DNA of 36,887 bases, taken from positions 1-36,887 of the IMG/VR virus record IMGVR_UViG_3300048599_000798; one strand, written 5' to 3'. Positions 18,118 through 27,244 of this stretch are shown in pieces; within the stretch, counting starts at the first letter, position 1; every line of letters starts with the position of its first letter. Under the pieces are notes generated by a model. The model was not told the DNA's origin, searched no databases, and saw only the letters and a list, made by a program, of their open reading frames with translations. Made by a program: the position numbers and the translations under genes. The stretch comes from a virus. Its lineage: Duplodnaviria; Caudoviricetes.

Positions 18118-19287
18118 TTAACTTCTGAAGTTTTTGGCGATCTTCTGTGCGGCATTGTGGATTTCAACGTTTTCAGTTGAAGTATGCTCACCCTCGCCGG
18201 CCGCAGAAGTTACGGTATTGGTTTTACTGTTGGTGACATCCGTTGCATGGTCGGCAAGGTATTGCTGACTTTTTGCCGCATTCGCTTGCATAGCTTGAAA
18301 TGCCAATTCTTTGGCATCAATTGGCGTTTCAAACTTGGATTTATTAACCAAAGTAGGGTCAATGTTTTTCGAGATAGCCTCGATATTTTTGATTCGATCC
18401 CGTTCCGTACTGGCTCCCTGGTCCCGGGCGGCAGTTTCAATTTGATTAACCAATTCCGGATATGCCTTTTTTAAATCATCAACCGTTTTAATTTCCATAT
18501 CGGTACTCCCTTCATTCGAGATTTTATTTGCAACAGGCGGGTTGTCCGTCTGATTTGCACTGTTCTGACCTTCGGCTTTTTGCTTCTCTTTCAACATTTC
18601 AAAAAACTTTTTCACTGAGTCATTAGCCGAATTTGTAACATTCAAGACCATCTGCCGATTAAATGAAAAATTCATAACATCAGATGACTTTTCTTCATCT
18701 TTAGCATATTTCATACCCGTTGCAAAGCCTTCTTTTATGGCCATACTTGCACCCATATATGTCTCGCCCGCCATTAATTTCGCTAACCTTTCGCGGGGTA
18801 TACCCGTCGAAAGTGCATAGATATTAATAATAGACTCTTCAATCGTGTCAAGAACGTCGGCGGTCTTTCTAAGGTCTGTCGCATATCCGGATGCATCCGC
18901 AAGAGGCTTATGTACCATAAACACTGCGCCCGGAGTTAATAGTCTATCATCACCGGCTAAATACGGCAACGTCGCCGCGCTCATTATGTGACTATCTCCA
19001 ACGGAAGTAATTTTAACACCTACACCGCTTGCTTTATGCTCCATCAAAGCATTATAGATTCCTACGCCTGCGTAAACACTGCCGCCATAGCTATCAATCC
19101 AAAGGGTAATACTCTTACCCGCATATTTTGCCAGCTCACTTCGAAAAGCATTGGGGGATGCCGCTGGCATGCCCAACCAGTCATAAATCCAGGCCCAATC
19201 ATCGTCTATAATATCCCCGTCCAGCCTAAGCACTACGCCTTCACTGGCTGTGTTTGTAAAATTCCAAAATCTAATCGGTTTGCTCAT
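18118..19287 (-). CDS. ClpP-like head maturation protease with scaffold-like C-terminus
   Basis: IDSYGGSV, MSAAT (Ser), FMVHKP (His), ETYM; ERDRIKNI scaffold-like segment. Confidence 0.92.
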   Translation of the reverse strand: MSKPIRFWNFTNTASEGVVLRLDGDIIDDDWAWIYDWLGMPAASPNAFRSELAKYAGKSITLWIDSYGGSVYAGVGIYNALMEHKASGVGVKITSVGDSHIMSAATLPYLAGDDRLLTPGAVFMVHKPLADASGYATDLRKTADVLDTIEESIINIYALSTGIPRERLAKLMAGETYMGASMAIKEGFATGMKYAKDEEKSSDVMNFSFNRQMVLNVTNSANDSVKKFFEMLKEKQKAEGQNSANQTDNPPVANKISNEGSTDMEIKTVDDLKKAYPELVNQIETAARDQGASTERDRIKNIEAISKNIDPTLVNKSKFETPIDAKELAFQAMQANAAKSQQYLADHATDVTNSKTNTVTSAAGEGEHTSTENVEIHNAAQKIAKNFRS

Positions 19288-20914
19288 TGATTTTGCCTCC
19301 TTCTTGAGTTTGAACATTAGTATTCATTGTAATGCCGGCCTTTGAAAGAAGGTCATTTTCTCTCTGAATTTGAGTAATATTTCTGTCCCAGTCGCCTCCA
19401 GTGAGTTCAATAGTCTCCCTTTCACGAGTAGAAAACCCTTGGCCGACTCTCATGGTAGCCGCTTGAACCTCTTTAACCGGATCTAACTGACCCGGAGCCG
19501 GGCCGTTCCAATCAGCTTGACACCATGCTTTTCTGATAGCCGGATCAACAAAAAAACCCGGAGCATTTACTCGCCCACGGGCCACGGCTTCAGATAGCCA
19601 TAATTCATAAACCGGCTGGCAAAAATCATTAGCAAACCAGGTTCGCCGCATCTTAAAAGCTTTCCATGCTTCCAATAGCGCCGCCCTTGATGCTGAATAA
19701 GAAGCGGTAAAAGCTTTAGAAAGTAATTCATAAGGGACTTCCAATGCTGCGCCTATTTGCCTCGACATTACAGTAACAAAAGCATCAAAGCCGCTTGCCG
19801 GACGTTTCGGATCTGCAAATACCGGTTCTTCCCCCAGCCCTAGCATGTTAACGGTTCCCGCTCCCATTTCATAAGCGTTTGAATCGGTTTCAATCTTTTG
19901 TTCCGGCTGTATTGAATCACCAAAAGGCATTTCTGTGGTCGGGCGCGTTTGTTTTATAAACACTGTGAAGAATGCCGTTATTACCGCCGCCATCAATTCC
20001 GCTTCGGTATAACGAGTAATTTGTTTTAAGGCTTCAATAACCGGGGCTAAATATGGAACTCCGCGATATTGTTCGCAACGTTCATTCTCCATTAAATGCA
20101 AAATGTTTGGCTGTCCGGTTAAACTTCCAAAGGCTTCAACCCTGGTCCATTCCCAGAGCTTAAAATCTATAAAGCTGTTTGGATAATGACTGCAAACATG
20201 ATAAGCTACTATGGCCCCGTCGCCGTCAATCTCAATGCCGTTTATAATTCGATTGCCATTGTTGGCTATAACAATGGGAATAATATCGCCAGAAATATAA
20301 TTTGGATTGCTGAACCGGTCTGCTTCAATCAAATGCAGCCGAAGGCTATAGGGCATCCATGGTTTTAGGTCGGCGTTTTTTATTAACGTAAATCCTTCGC
20401 CATTCATAAGCCAGGAAATAAGCGCAATTTGTTGCAGCTCATAAAAATTATTCAGCCTGAGCGAATCACACCAGATCGAATCCGCCCAAACTCCAAATTC
20501 CCGTTCAGTATTCATCTCCCATTCATCGGCCTGGTCTTGCGTAATGCCAAGGTATTTAAAATTAATCCGGCTTTTAAGTTTTAACCCGGACCCAACAACA
20601 TTAGTCCTATTGGTCTGGATGGCCGACCGGGCCAACGGTGATCCCATGTATAAATCGCGGGACCTTTGTCGCAATGTATGCAGATTAAAATCAATATCCT
20701 CTTGGGGTGTCCGGCTCTGTGCGGTCCATCCTCTCATTGATTTTTTAATCCGACTAGCGCCGCTCTCTGAATACCCCGAATTTTTTACCGTCCGTAAAAT
20801 TTGGCGAGAGGATTTTGCCAGCTCTATTTTTGCATTGGCTTCAGCTACCCTTGCTCTTGCTTGCATTTGAGCGGCTTTTGCTTCCGCCATCCTGGCTCTG
20901 TTTTCAATATCCAA
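19271..20914 (-). CDS. Portal protein (lambda family)
   Basis: LRQRSRDL, NVVGSG, QYRGVPYLAPV, SYSASRAALLE, DPVKE. Confidence 0.95.
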   Translation of the reverse strand: MDIENRARMAEAKAAQMQARARVAEANAKIELAKSSRQILRTVKNSGYSESGASRIKKSMRGWTAQSRTPQEDIDFNLHTLRQRSRDLYMGSPLARSAIQTNRTNVVGSGLKLKSRINFKYLGITQDQADEWEMNTEREFGVWADSIWCDSLRLNNFYELQQIALISWLMNGEGFTLIKNADLKPWMPYSLRLHLIEADRFSNPNYISGDIIPIVIANNGNRIINGIEIDGDGAIVAYHVCSHYPNSFIDFKLWEWTRVEAFGSLTGQPNILHLMENERCEQYRGVPYLAPVIEALKQITRYTEAELMAAVITAFFTVFIKQTRPTTEMPFGDSIQPEQKIETDSNAYEMGAGTVNMLGLGEEPVFADPKRPASGFDAFVTVMSRQIGAALEVPYELLSKAFTASYSASRAALLEAWKAFKMRRTWFANDFCQPVYELWLSEAVARGRVNAPGFFVDPAIRKAWCQADWNGPAPGQLDPVKEVQAATMRVGQGFSTRERETIELTGGDWDRNITQIQRENDLLSKAGITMNTNVQTQEGGKINEQTD

Positions 20915-20925
20915 AGTTTGTCACC

Positions 20926-21165
20926 TCACAGATCCCTTGGTGTAATTCTATATGCTCTTCGCGGACCATTGCCGGCTGCCATCGATTCAAGTTGTGACAC
21001 TAAAATTTCAAGTTCCTTAATTGCTGCCCTTATTTCTGCAATATCGGCCCTTTGTAACTGTCGAGTGCCTATTTTATACATTTGGCCGCTTAAAACGGCT
21101 AATTCTGCCTCATAATAGGCGTCTAATCTAGTCTTTGCCTGTACTAAACGTTCTGAGGTAGTCAT
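20926..21165 (-). CDS. Head completion protein (gpW-like)
   Basis: AELAVLSGQ.Y.IG.R.L.RAD; between TerL and portal. Confidence 0.85.
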   Translation of the reverse strand: MTTSERLVQAKTRLDAYYEAELAVLSGQMYKIGTRQLQRADIAEIRAAIKELEILVSQLESMAAGNGPRRAYRITPRDL

Positions 21166-21191
21166 TTTATCACCAAATTTCCCTTATAAAA

Positions 21192-23048
21192 TTAAAAATC
21201 GACGCCTTTTTTGATTACTCCGCGCCGTTTTTGGGGTTGTTTTGGAGCCGGATTTGTTGTTTCCTGGTTCTTTTGACCATCTGTTAATTGCTTTTCAAAC
21301 ACATCTAGCCAGCTCTCTGGGAGCAAATAAAAGGCCGCTTGTGCGTAATTTCTCACGTCGAGCGGCTCATTTCGGATATCGGTTGTTCGTTTTTTCCATA
21401 CAAGCTTTAACTTTCCACCATTTTTTTCAGTTACTTGATGTTCGGAAAGCAGTCCTTTGAAATAAATTTGGTCATAACCGCGCTTTTCGTCAAGCGGGAA
21501 ATGGCAATACCCATCTCCCGACTGTTTTATTTGTAACCGGGAAAGAATTCTTGCTTTGCCGCCATCAACTCCAAGGTTAAAATAAAGACAGTTTTCGTTT
21601 TTGCTGCGGTTCTTACTGTAAATTATGGGGAGTCCAGGCTTTGGCATACCGCGAATTGCAAATACTTTTCTATGCTCATTCTTCCGGCAGAATTTATAAA
21701 CATCGCTGGTATGATGTCCACCGGAATCAACGAAAGTACAGGCAATTTTAAGACCAATTTCAGATTTAAAATGATAAGTAGCGCCCAAAATATCACTCAA
21801 ATCATTCCAAACCTTTTCTTGGTCGGGTTTACCCAATATTATGCCATATTTAACCCCCCATGATTGTTCGCCCCGGCCCCAGCCAACTATTTCGTACTCA
21901 AGGCGATCATCTTGGGTATCAACACCACAAGTTAAAATTAACACCCCATCCGGCAAATCGGCGGAATATTCTTCCCGACGTTCGAGCAGGAAATTATATT
22001 CATCATCGCTGATATTTTCTTCCCAACTCTCACCGAGCATAGTATTTTTAAATACTTTATACTTTTCCGGATCGTTTTTGACTTGAAGCCATTCAATAAT
22101 AATGCTTTCCCAATGAACCCATGGCGATACAAAAGCATTTAAGTGAAAACTGCGAATACCTCTTGCTCCCGGATTATCAGGAATCCATTCGCCCGGTTGG
22201 ACTTTCCAGGTATATTCATCAAACTTTTCAAGACAAGCAGGACATTGAAAAGTAATGTCCCAAACGCTGTAATTTCCTTTCTCATCTTTTTCATACTCAA
22301 ACTTAATTCCATGGATATTAATAAAAGCAAAATGCCCGCAATGCGGACATTCTAAGCGCCATCTTTCTTGGGTTCCTTTTTCATATTCAGTGTCTATCCG
22401 GGACGCCCCTTTAATTGTCGGGGTTGAAGTATATATTTTCTTTTTATTCCAGAAGGTGATTGTCCGCTTTTCAACAATAAGGAGCGGATCGCCTTCGGTC
22501 CCGGCAGAGGGAGGAAAACGATCAATCTCATCCGCTAATATTATCCGGATATTTCTACTAGCAAGACCGGCAGGACTGTTTGCCCCGGCCAGAGCCAGAG
22601 AGCCACCGGGAAACTGTTTCATCAGAATAGTATTGTTAGTATCCCGCGTCTTACTATCGGCTACTTTTTTGGTTAATACCTCAGTATCCTTGAACATCGG
22701 CGCAAGTCGCCGCTTGGAATAATCCTCCGCCATTTCAATTGTCGGCTGGATCATCAATATCGGACAAGGATCGTTGTCAATAAAATAACCAGCAATATTA
22801 TTGACGATTTCGGACTTACCAACCTGGGAGGAAGTTTTGAAAACGACCTCTTCGATCTCCGGATCATTTACCGCGTCCATCATTTCCCGTTGGTATGGAG
22901 CGCGGTCGGTATGCCATTGACCAGGTTCTGCCGAAGTTTCCGATGATAATTTACGATATAAATCAGCCCACTCGCTAACCGTTAAGGCAGGAGGTGGGCT
23001 AATATTTTTAGCTATCCGATTGAATAACTTGATTGTTTTCCGGTTCAT
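21192..23048 (-). CDS. Terminase large subunit (lambda gpA family)
   Basis: SSQVGKSE Walker A, ADEID Walker B, STPT, CPHC, GVDTQ, DSGG, RNEPLD. Confidence 0.97.
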   Translation of the reverse strand: MNRKTIKLFNRIAKNISPPPALTVSEWADLYRKLSSETSAEPGQWHTDRAPYQREMMDAVNDPEIEEVVFKTSSQVGKSEIVNNIAGYFIDNDPCPILMIQPTIEMAEDYSKRRLAPMFKDTEVLTKKVADSKTRDTNNTILMKQFPGGSLALAGANSPAGLASRNIRIILADEIDRFPPSAGTEGDPLLIVEKRTITFWNKKKIYTSTPTIKGASRIDTEYEKGTQERWRLECPHCGHFAFINIHGIKFEYEKDEKGNYSVWDITFQCPACLEKFDEYTWKVQPGEWIPDNPGARGIRSFHLNAFVSPWVHWESIIIEWLQVKNDPEKYKVFKNTMLGESWEENISDDEYNFLLERREEYSADLPDGVLILTCGVDTQDDRLEYEIVGWGRGEQSWGVKYGIILGKPDQEKVWNDLSDILGATYHFKSEIGLKIACTFVDSGGHHTSDVYKFCRKNEHRKVFAIRGMPKPGLPIIYSKNRSKNENCLYFNLGVDGGKARILSRLQIKQSGDGYCHFPLDEKRGYDQIYFKGLLSEHQVTEKNGGKLKLVWKKRTTDIRNEPLDVRNYAQAAFYLLPESWLDVFEKQLTDGQKNQETTNPAPKQPQKRRGVIKKGVDF

Positions 23049-23523
23049 CTTCTTCGACCTCAATTCCGTCGCCAGAAAACATTGCCGCGTCATAATCCGA
23101 CAACTCTGTCAGTGCCTCTCTTACCTCTTTATCTATAATTTCACGTATCTTGCCGATATTTTTTTGACCAACCAAAAGAGGAGCGACCTTTGAAGGAATA
23201 CCCAGTATTTTATTCCGGAATGTTATAACCATATCAGTTAAGGCTTTTTCAACATCGGCTGCTTCATGTAGTTCGCCCTTCATTTTAGCAACTAATAGTT
23301 CAGTCTTTTCCCGCTTAACTATTTCATGCAAAGCTCTCTCGCGATCAAGATCTAAACCTGTATGAAAAAGATCATGATAATAAGCCTCAACGCATTTTGC
23401 AACATCAAACTTCCCGTTTAACTCTCTATCGAAGGTATGCTTTTCGGTAACTATCTGATTGACCCTACGTTCAGAAATGCCAATGATTTTACCAAGATCT
23501 TTGGCTGTTATATATTGGTCCAT
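23008..23523 (-). CDS. Terminase small subunit (Nu1-like)
   Basis: N-terminal HTH (LGKIIGISERRVNQ), coiled coil, RNKILGIP; overlaps TerL start. Confidence 0.88.
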   Translation of the reverse strand: MDQYITAKDLGKIIGISERRVNQIVTEKHTFDRELNGKFDVAKCVEAYYHDLFHTGLDLDRERALHEIVKREKTELLVAKMKGELHEAADVEKALTDMVITFRNKILGIPSKVAPLLVGQKNIGKIREIIDKEVREALTELSDYDAAMFSGDGIEVEEDEPENNQVIQSDS

Positions 23524-23702
23524 TTTCAAACCTCCGGGAAGGAAGTCGATAAAAAAATTTTTATGCCTAGAAAGAGTTTGGGGTCGATTCGACTCCGCAA
23601 GCTGCTGTTTCACGGAAGAACCTACCCATATAGGAATTTATATATTTATGTCAAATGTTTTTATGATAATTCTTAAATACGCTATTAGGAGATGTAATAT
23701 TA

Positions 23703-24473
23703 ATGAATCCATTACTTGATAAAATTGAATATTTAGACCTAAAGTTCTATATATCCAAAATCAAAGATGATGAAGTTATTATTCTTTTAGAGAAACTTGC
23801 ACGAAGCATGACAAGTCACTTAAATTTAATAAAAAAATCTTTCCCCGATTGGAAAGATGACGATATACGCATTCGTGTATTTACAAAAAGTCTAGAAACA
23901 TTATCCGCCTATAAAGTTGACTTATATTATGCTTTGGGCATGTTAGTAGAAATAAATAATTTTAATAATATCTTACTCCCTTCATTAGCACCTAATCAGG
24001 TTGTCAGCCGTGATGACCTCCAAGCCTTTCATGGACATTTCTCACGATATATAACATTTGGTTTCTTTCATGTGTTCTTTTCTACAATTGAAAGCAGTAT
24101 TAGAATCTTTATTCGCCCTTTAAAAATTAAAAACAAAAAGGGGGTTATACTCGATGGCACCGGAAGTATAACAGAAATATGGAATTATCTAATCCCAAAT
24201 CTTGATATTAATGAAGATTATGCTAGTTTATTAATACTTTTAGCCCTTATAAGAAATTGTATTCATAATAGAAGTTTTTATTTCTCACCCCGTGGTAATC
24301 AAGAAGTTAAATATAAAGGAAAAACATATAAATTTGTACAAGGGAAACATATTGATTTTGACCATATTAAAATAATCCTAGAATTATTCTTTGACATAGA
24401 TCAAATGTTTTTTGATATAGTAAATTCAAAAAAAATCTCTAAAATTACATATTTAGCAGACATTTTTGGATGA
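23703..24473 (+). CDS. Moron; HEPN-like hypothetical protein
   Basis: AT-rich, opposite strand, SD AGGAG; helical, with IESSIR and RNCIHN motifs. Confidence 0.55.
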   Translation: MNPLLDKIEYLDLKFYISKIKDDEVIILLEKLARSMTSHLNLIKKSFPDWKDDDIRIRVFTKSLETLSAYKVDLYYALGMLVEINNFNNILLPSLAPNQVVSRDDLQAFHGHFSRYITFGFFHVFFSTIESSIRIFIRPLKIKNKKGVILDGTGSITEIWNYLIPNLDINEDYASLLILLALIRNCIHNRSFYFSPRGNQEVKYKGKTYKFVQGKHIDFDHIKIILELFFDIDQMFFDIVNSKKISKITYLADIFG

Positions 24474-24527
24474 TATGTTTAATGGAAACCATATAATTTT
24501 TACGGAAGTATTCTCCAAAATATTATG

Positions 24528-24556
24528 TTTCTATTTATCGTAATAAGACCTATAAT
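24528..24556 (+). promoter_or_regulatory. Sigma-A-type promoter for the YjzC-like moron
   Basis: TTTCTA-17-TATAAT. Confidence 0.55.
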
Positions 24557-24598
24557 TGAATCGAGTGGGAGAATTCTATAATTTCGAGGTGATGATAT

Positions 24599-24787
24599 AT
24601 GGCGAATAAAAAATTACTTTCTCCTGGCCAAAAATCGCCAGATTCTGGTCAAGGTAAGATTGTAGGTCCCCGTGGTGGGAAAACTAATAATAGTGAAGTT
24701 ACTTTGGTAAAAGGCAAAACTGTTCCGCCAACTCCAGAGCCCGGCCAGAAAATTAAAATAACCGACCCTACGAAACATAAAAAGTAA
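24599..24787 (+). CDS. YjzC-like small protein
   Basis: PGQK.P.SGQ..VGPRGG..EVT..KG..PPT..GQ..D.TKH; SD GAGGTG. Confidence 0.8.
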   Translation: MANKKLLSPGQKSPDSGQGKIVGPRGGKTNNSEVTLVKGKTVPPTPEPGQKIKITDPTKHKK

Positions 24788-24810
24788 ATAAACACTCTCC
24801 CACTCATTAA

Positions 24811-25188
24811 TTAAAACGGATTCAACGGTTTTTCATGTTTCAATCGACTTGCTATTGTAATCAAAAGCGTATCAAGGGTATTAACAGTTTGCTTAATTTG
24901 GCGCAATAAAATAGCTTCATTTTTTACCCGGCCCTCCGCCACTCTACCAATAAGCATAGGCGAAAACCCTGCCTCTTTTAGTTTAGTCATTTCATCGGCC
25001 AAAGCGGATAAATAAAACCCTTCTGCGGTTGCCAAGGGTTCAGTTAAACGAGATAAATAGGAACTATATTTTATTTGCCTATCTTTCATTTGGGCTAAAT
25101 CTTCGCCGATTCCTTCGGCCATATCTTCCTTAACTGTTTTAAACCATGGCATAAAATCATTGGCCCAATTTATAAATGCTTCACTCAT
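24811..25188 (-). CDS. Hypothetical helical protein
   Basis: 125-aa ORF with SD AGGAGG; start overlaps upstream stop (ATGA). Confidence 0.75.
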   Translation of the reverse strand: MSEAFINWANDFMPWFKTVKEDMAEGIGEDLAQMKDRQIKYSSYLSRLTEPLATAEGFYLSALADEMTKLKEAGFSPMLIGRVAEGRVKNEAILLRQIKQTVNTLDTLLITIASRLKHEKPLNPF

Positions 25189-25352
25189 TGCTCCTCCTGG
25201 ATAATTTCATAATTCCCCAATCTTCGGGAATCCCATCGAGTTCCCTTTTGTTTCACTAATTCATCAGGATATTTAATTAAAAGAAGTTCCAAACTACTCA
25301 ACATTAAATACCCTTCAACTACAATTTTCTCAGGAATCAATAATACTTTCAT
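25185..25352 (-). CDS. 55-aa hypothetical protein (not in ORF track)
   Basis: MKVLLIPEKIVVEGYLMLSSLELLLIKYPDELVKQKGTRWDSRRLGNYEIIQEEQ; stop overlaps next ATG. Confidence 0.65.
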   Translation of the reverse strand: MKVLLIPEKIVVEGYLMLSSLELLLIKYPDELVKQKGTRWDSRRLGNYEIIQEEQ

Positions 25353-25376
25353 GTCATTGATCGCCTTTATCCTCTT

Positions 25377-25538
25377 TCAAAATGTCACCATTACAGATAA
25401 AATACCAGCTGCCAGCCAATATATTATCTTCCGCCAGTCACCTGTCGGAATATATCCTATGGCTGCACAAATATCTAAGATAATAAGAATCGTTGGAAAT
25501 AGTTTACCGGTTTGCCATAGCCAAATTATTGGTCTCAT
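25377..25538 (-). CDS. 53-aa two-TM small membrane protein (not in ORF track)
   Basis: MRPIIWLWQTGKLFPTILIILDICAAIGYIPTGDWRKIIYWLAAGILSVMVTF; SD AAGGTG. Confidence 0.75.
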   Translation of the reverse strand: MRPIIWLWQTGKLFPTILIILDICAAIGYIPTGDWRKIIYWLAAGILSVMVTF

Positions 25539-25626
25539 ATCAATTCACCTTTAACTGAAATTATAAAGCCCCAGGGTTGGCCTGGAGCTTTTTGAAGAAC
25601 TATTAAATACTTAATTCCACAATGAA

Positions 25627-25671
25627 ATTTTATCATATTTATAAGGGTAAAAACGGACACATTTCGGACAC
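25627..25671 (-). promoter_or_regulatory. Putative late promoter with activator-binding direct repeats
   Basis: GTGTCCG x2 at 11-bp spacing just after the activator stop, then extended -10 TGATAAAAT. Confidence 0.7.
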
Positions 25672-25678
25672 CTACAAT

Positions 25679-26245
25679 TTATATCACAAAACCCAGTCGT
25701 TTCGCTATTTCATAGATAGTTTTGTTTCTCCAACGTCGGGCAGTTCTTTCGCATATATGTAATTCATCTGCAATAGCGCCAAGGGTTTTATTTTGTTTGA
25801 AATAATATTCTCGTATCAAAGTGGCCCGTAAATTATTATCTTGTATCGCCGATTTATCCAGAATTTCCAAGACTTCTTCTATTGCGTTTATCCGTCTCAC
25901 TGATTCTTTATATTCAGTATTACCTAACATTATTTGCCGGTATTTTCTTATGGTTTCGGCTTTATCCGCTGTCGGATCACCGGACCCGTGTATAGGTTTG
26001 CCGATAATAATTGAAGTATTGAAACCGCCATTAAATTGGACTTGCTTTGATTGGGTATATATGTTTTCCCGAATATCGGTAGCAGAAGGAGCGGCCATAT
26101 CTTCTATTTCCTCCATGACTTTTTCAATGTTCTTTTTTACTGATTCATACGTGAAGAGGTCCCATTCTATGACCTTTCGAGCCGCCCAGCGTTTTTCTTT
26201 AGGCCAAGGATTTTTAACTTTACTTTTAGGTAATGTTTGTCTCAT
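25679..26245 (-). CDS. RinA/ArpU-like late transcriptional activator
   Basis: GDPTA motif; C-terminal HTH (IADELHICERTARRWR..IA.RLG); upstream of packaging module. Confidence 0.85.
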   Translation of the reverse strand: MRQTLPKSKVKNPWPKEKRWAARKVIEWDLFTYESVKKNIEKVMEEIEDMAAPSATDIRENIYTQSKQVQFNGGFNTSIIIGKPIHGSGDPTADKAETIRKYRQIMLGNTEYKESVRRINAIEEVLEILDKSAIQDNNLRATLIREYYFKQNKTLGAIADELHICERTARRWRNKTIYEIAKRLGFVI

Positions 26246-26921
26246 TTTCGGCCTCCATAGTTGTATTGATTTTATATGCTTCCGATTTGCTCAATGTGGT
26301 TGCAACTCGATGCCGTATTTTACCGTTGTAAATTGGTTTATCAATTCGGGATTTTTCCTTAATTGCTTCAATGTCTCTTGGATTAAATAAGATCAATTTA
26401 ACTCGATGCTCCTGTTTCTCATTCAATTGATAGTTTTTGTTTAATATCGTCAGTAATTTAAACCATTGATCCGACATATAAAGCCCTTTAAATTCATTTG
26501 ATTTAATACCTAAAAGATTGGCGCAAACAGTGCGGAATTTTAAAACATGCCGTGATTGCGGCTTGTCCATTAAAACTTCCAAAAGTAATTCACGGATACT
26601 CTTGATGTCATTAATTTCTTTCTTTTTCTTTTCGAAATATCGATTGGAATCTTCCTGGCTGCCTATATCTTTAAATTTCACAAATCGTTTAATGCATTTA
26701 CTGCCTACATTAGCGGTCGCCCCATTTTTAAGATATCGAATCAGATAATTATCATTTAAATGAGTTTGGCCGCATATAGTGCAGTTATTTTTAATATTTG
26801 TGTTATCATCCGCTTTTATAATATCTTCAAGCTCCCAACCCTTGCATGCAAATTCAAAATCGGTTTCGCCGGTGATTCGATATAAATTATCTTTAGCTTT
26901 TGGCCCTTTTCCGTTGCTCAT
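26226..26921 (-). CDS. Hypothetical Zn-binding protein
   Basis: CTICGQTH..Y.I..VGSKCIKRF. Confidence 0.7.
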   Translation of the reverse strand: MSNGKGPKAKDNLYRITGETDFEFACKGWELEDIIKADDNTNIKNNCTICGQTHLNDNYLIRYLKNGATANVGSKCIKRFVKFKDIGSQEDSNRYFEKKKKEINDIKSIRELLLEVLMDKPQSRHVLKFRTVCANLLGIKSNEFKGLYMSDQWFKLLTILNKNYQLNEKQEHRVKLILFNPRDIEAIKEKSRIDKPIYNGKIRHRVATTLSKSEAYKINTTMEAENETNIT

Positions 26922-26940
26922 TGCCTTTTTTCCTTTCTTA

Positions 26941-27240
26941 CTGTACGGTTTTACTGGACAGTGCTGTACGGTGTTAAAAGTACATCAAAGTCATATATAT
27001 CAGTGGTTTTGGTTCTTGCTGTACAACTGTACGGTAATTTTTGATACACATACTATTTTTTTTACGATCATGATCGTGATCATAAAACTCTAAACTCAAC
27101 GCGCGCGTAGCGAGGTATATATTTACTGTACATACTGTACAGTACCGTACAGTTATATATATAATCCCTGTAACGACGCGGTTTTTTAACTGTACGGTTA
27201 TTGTACGGTACTGTACGGTTCTATTAAACATAAAACCGCG
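26941..27240. repeat. CTGTACGGT iteron-like cluster; putative replication origin
   Basis: Exact copies at 26941, 26964, 27027, 27190, 27211, inverted at 27144; variants at about 26954, 27019, 27126, 27135, 27201; directly after primase-helicase. Confidence 0.8.
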
Positions 27241-27244
27241 CTTC

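Noticed and set aside
5400-23700. Many short antisense or alternate-frame ORFs within structural genes
   Set aside because: Overlap well-supported phage genes and lack SD sequences or recognisable motifs
25351-25554. 67-aa plus-strand ORF
   Set aside because: Antisense to a more credible 53-aa membrane protein gene in the operon direction
26941-27219. CRISPR array interpretation of the repeats
   Set aside because: Repeats are 9 bp, irregularly spaced and in both orientations; no cas genes
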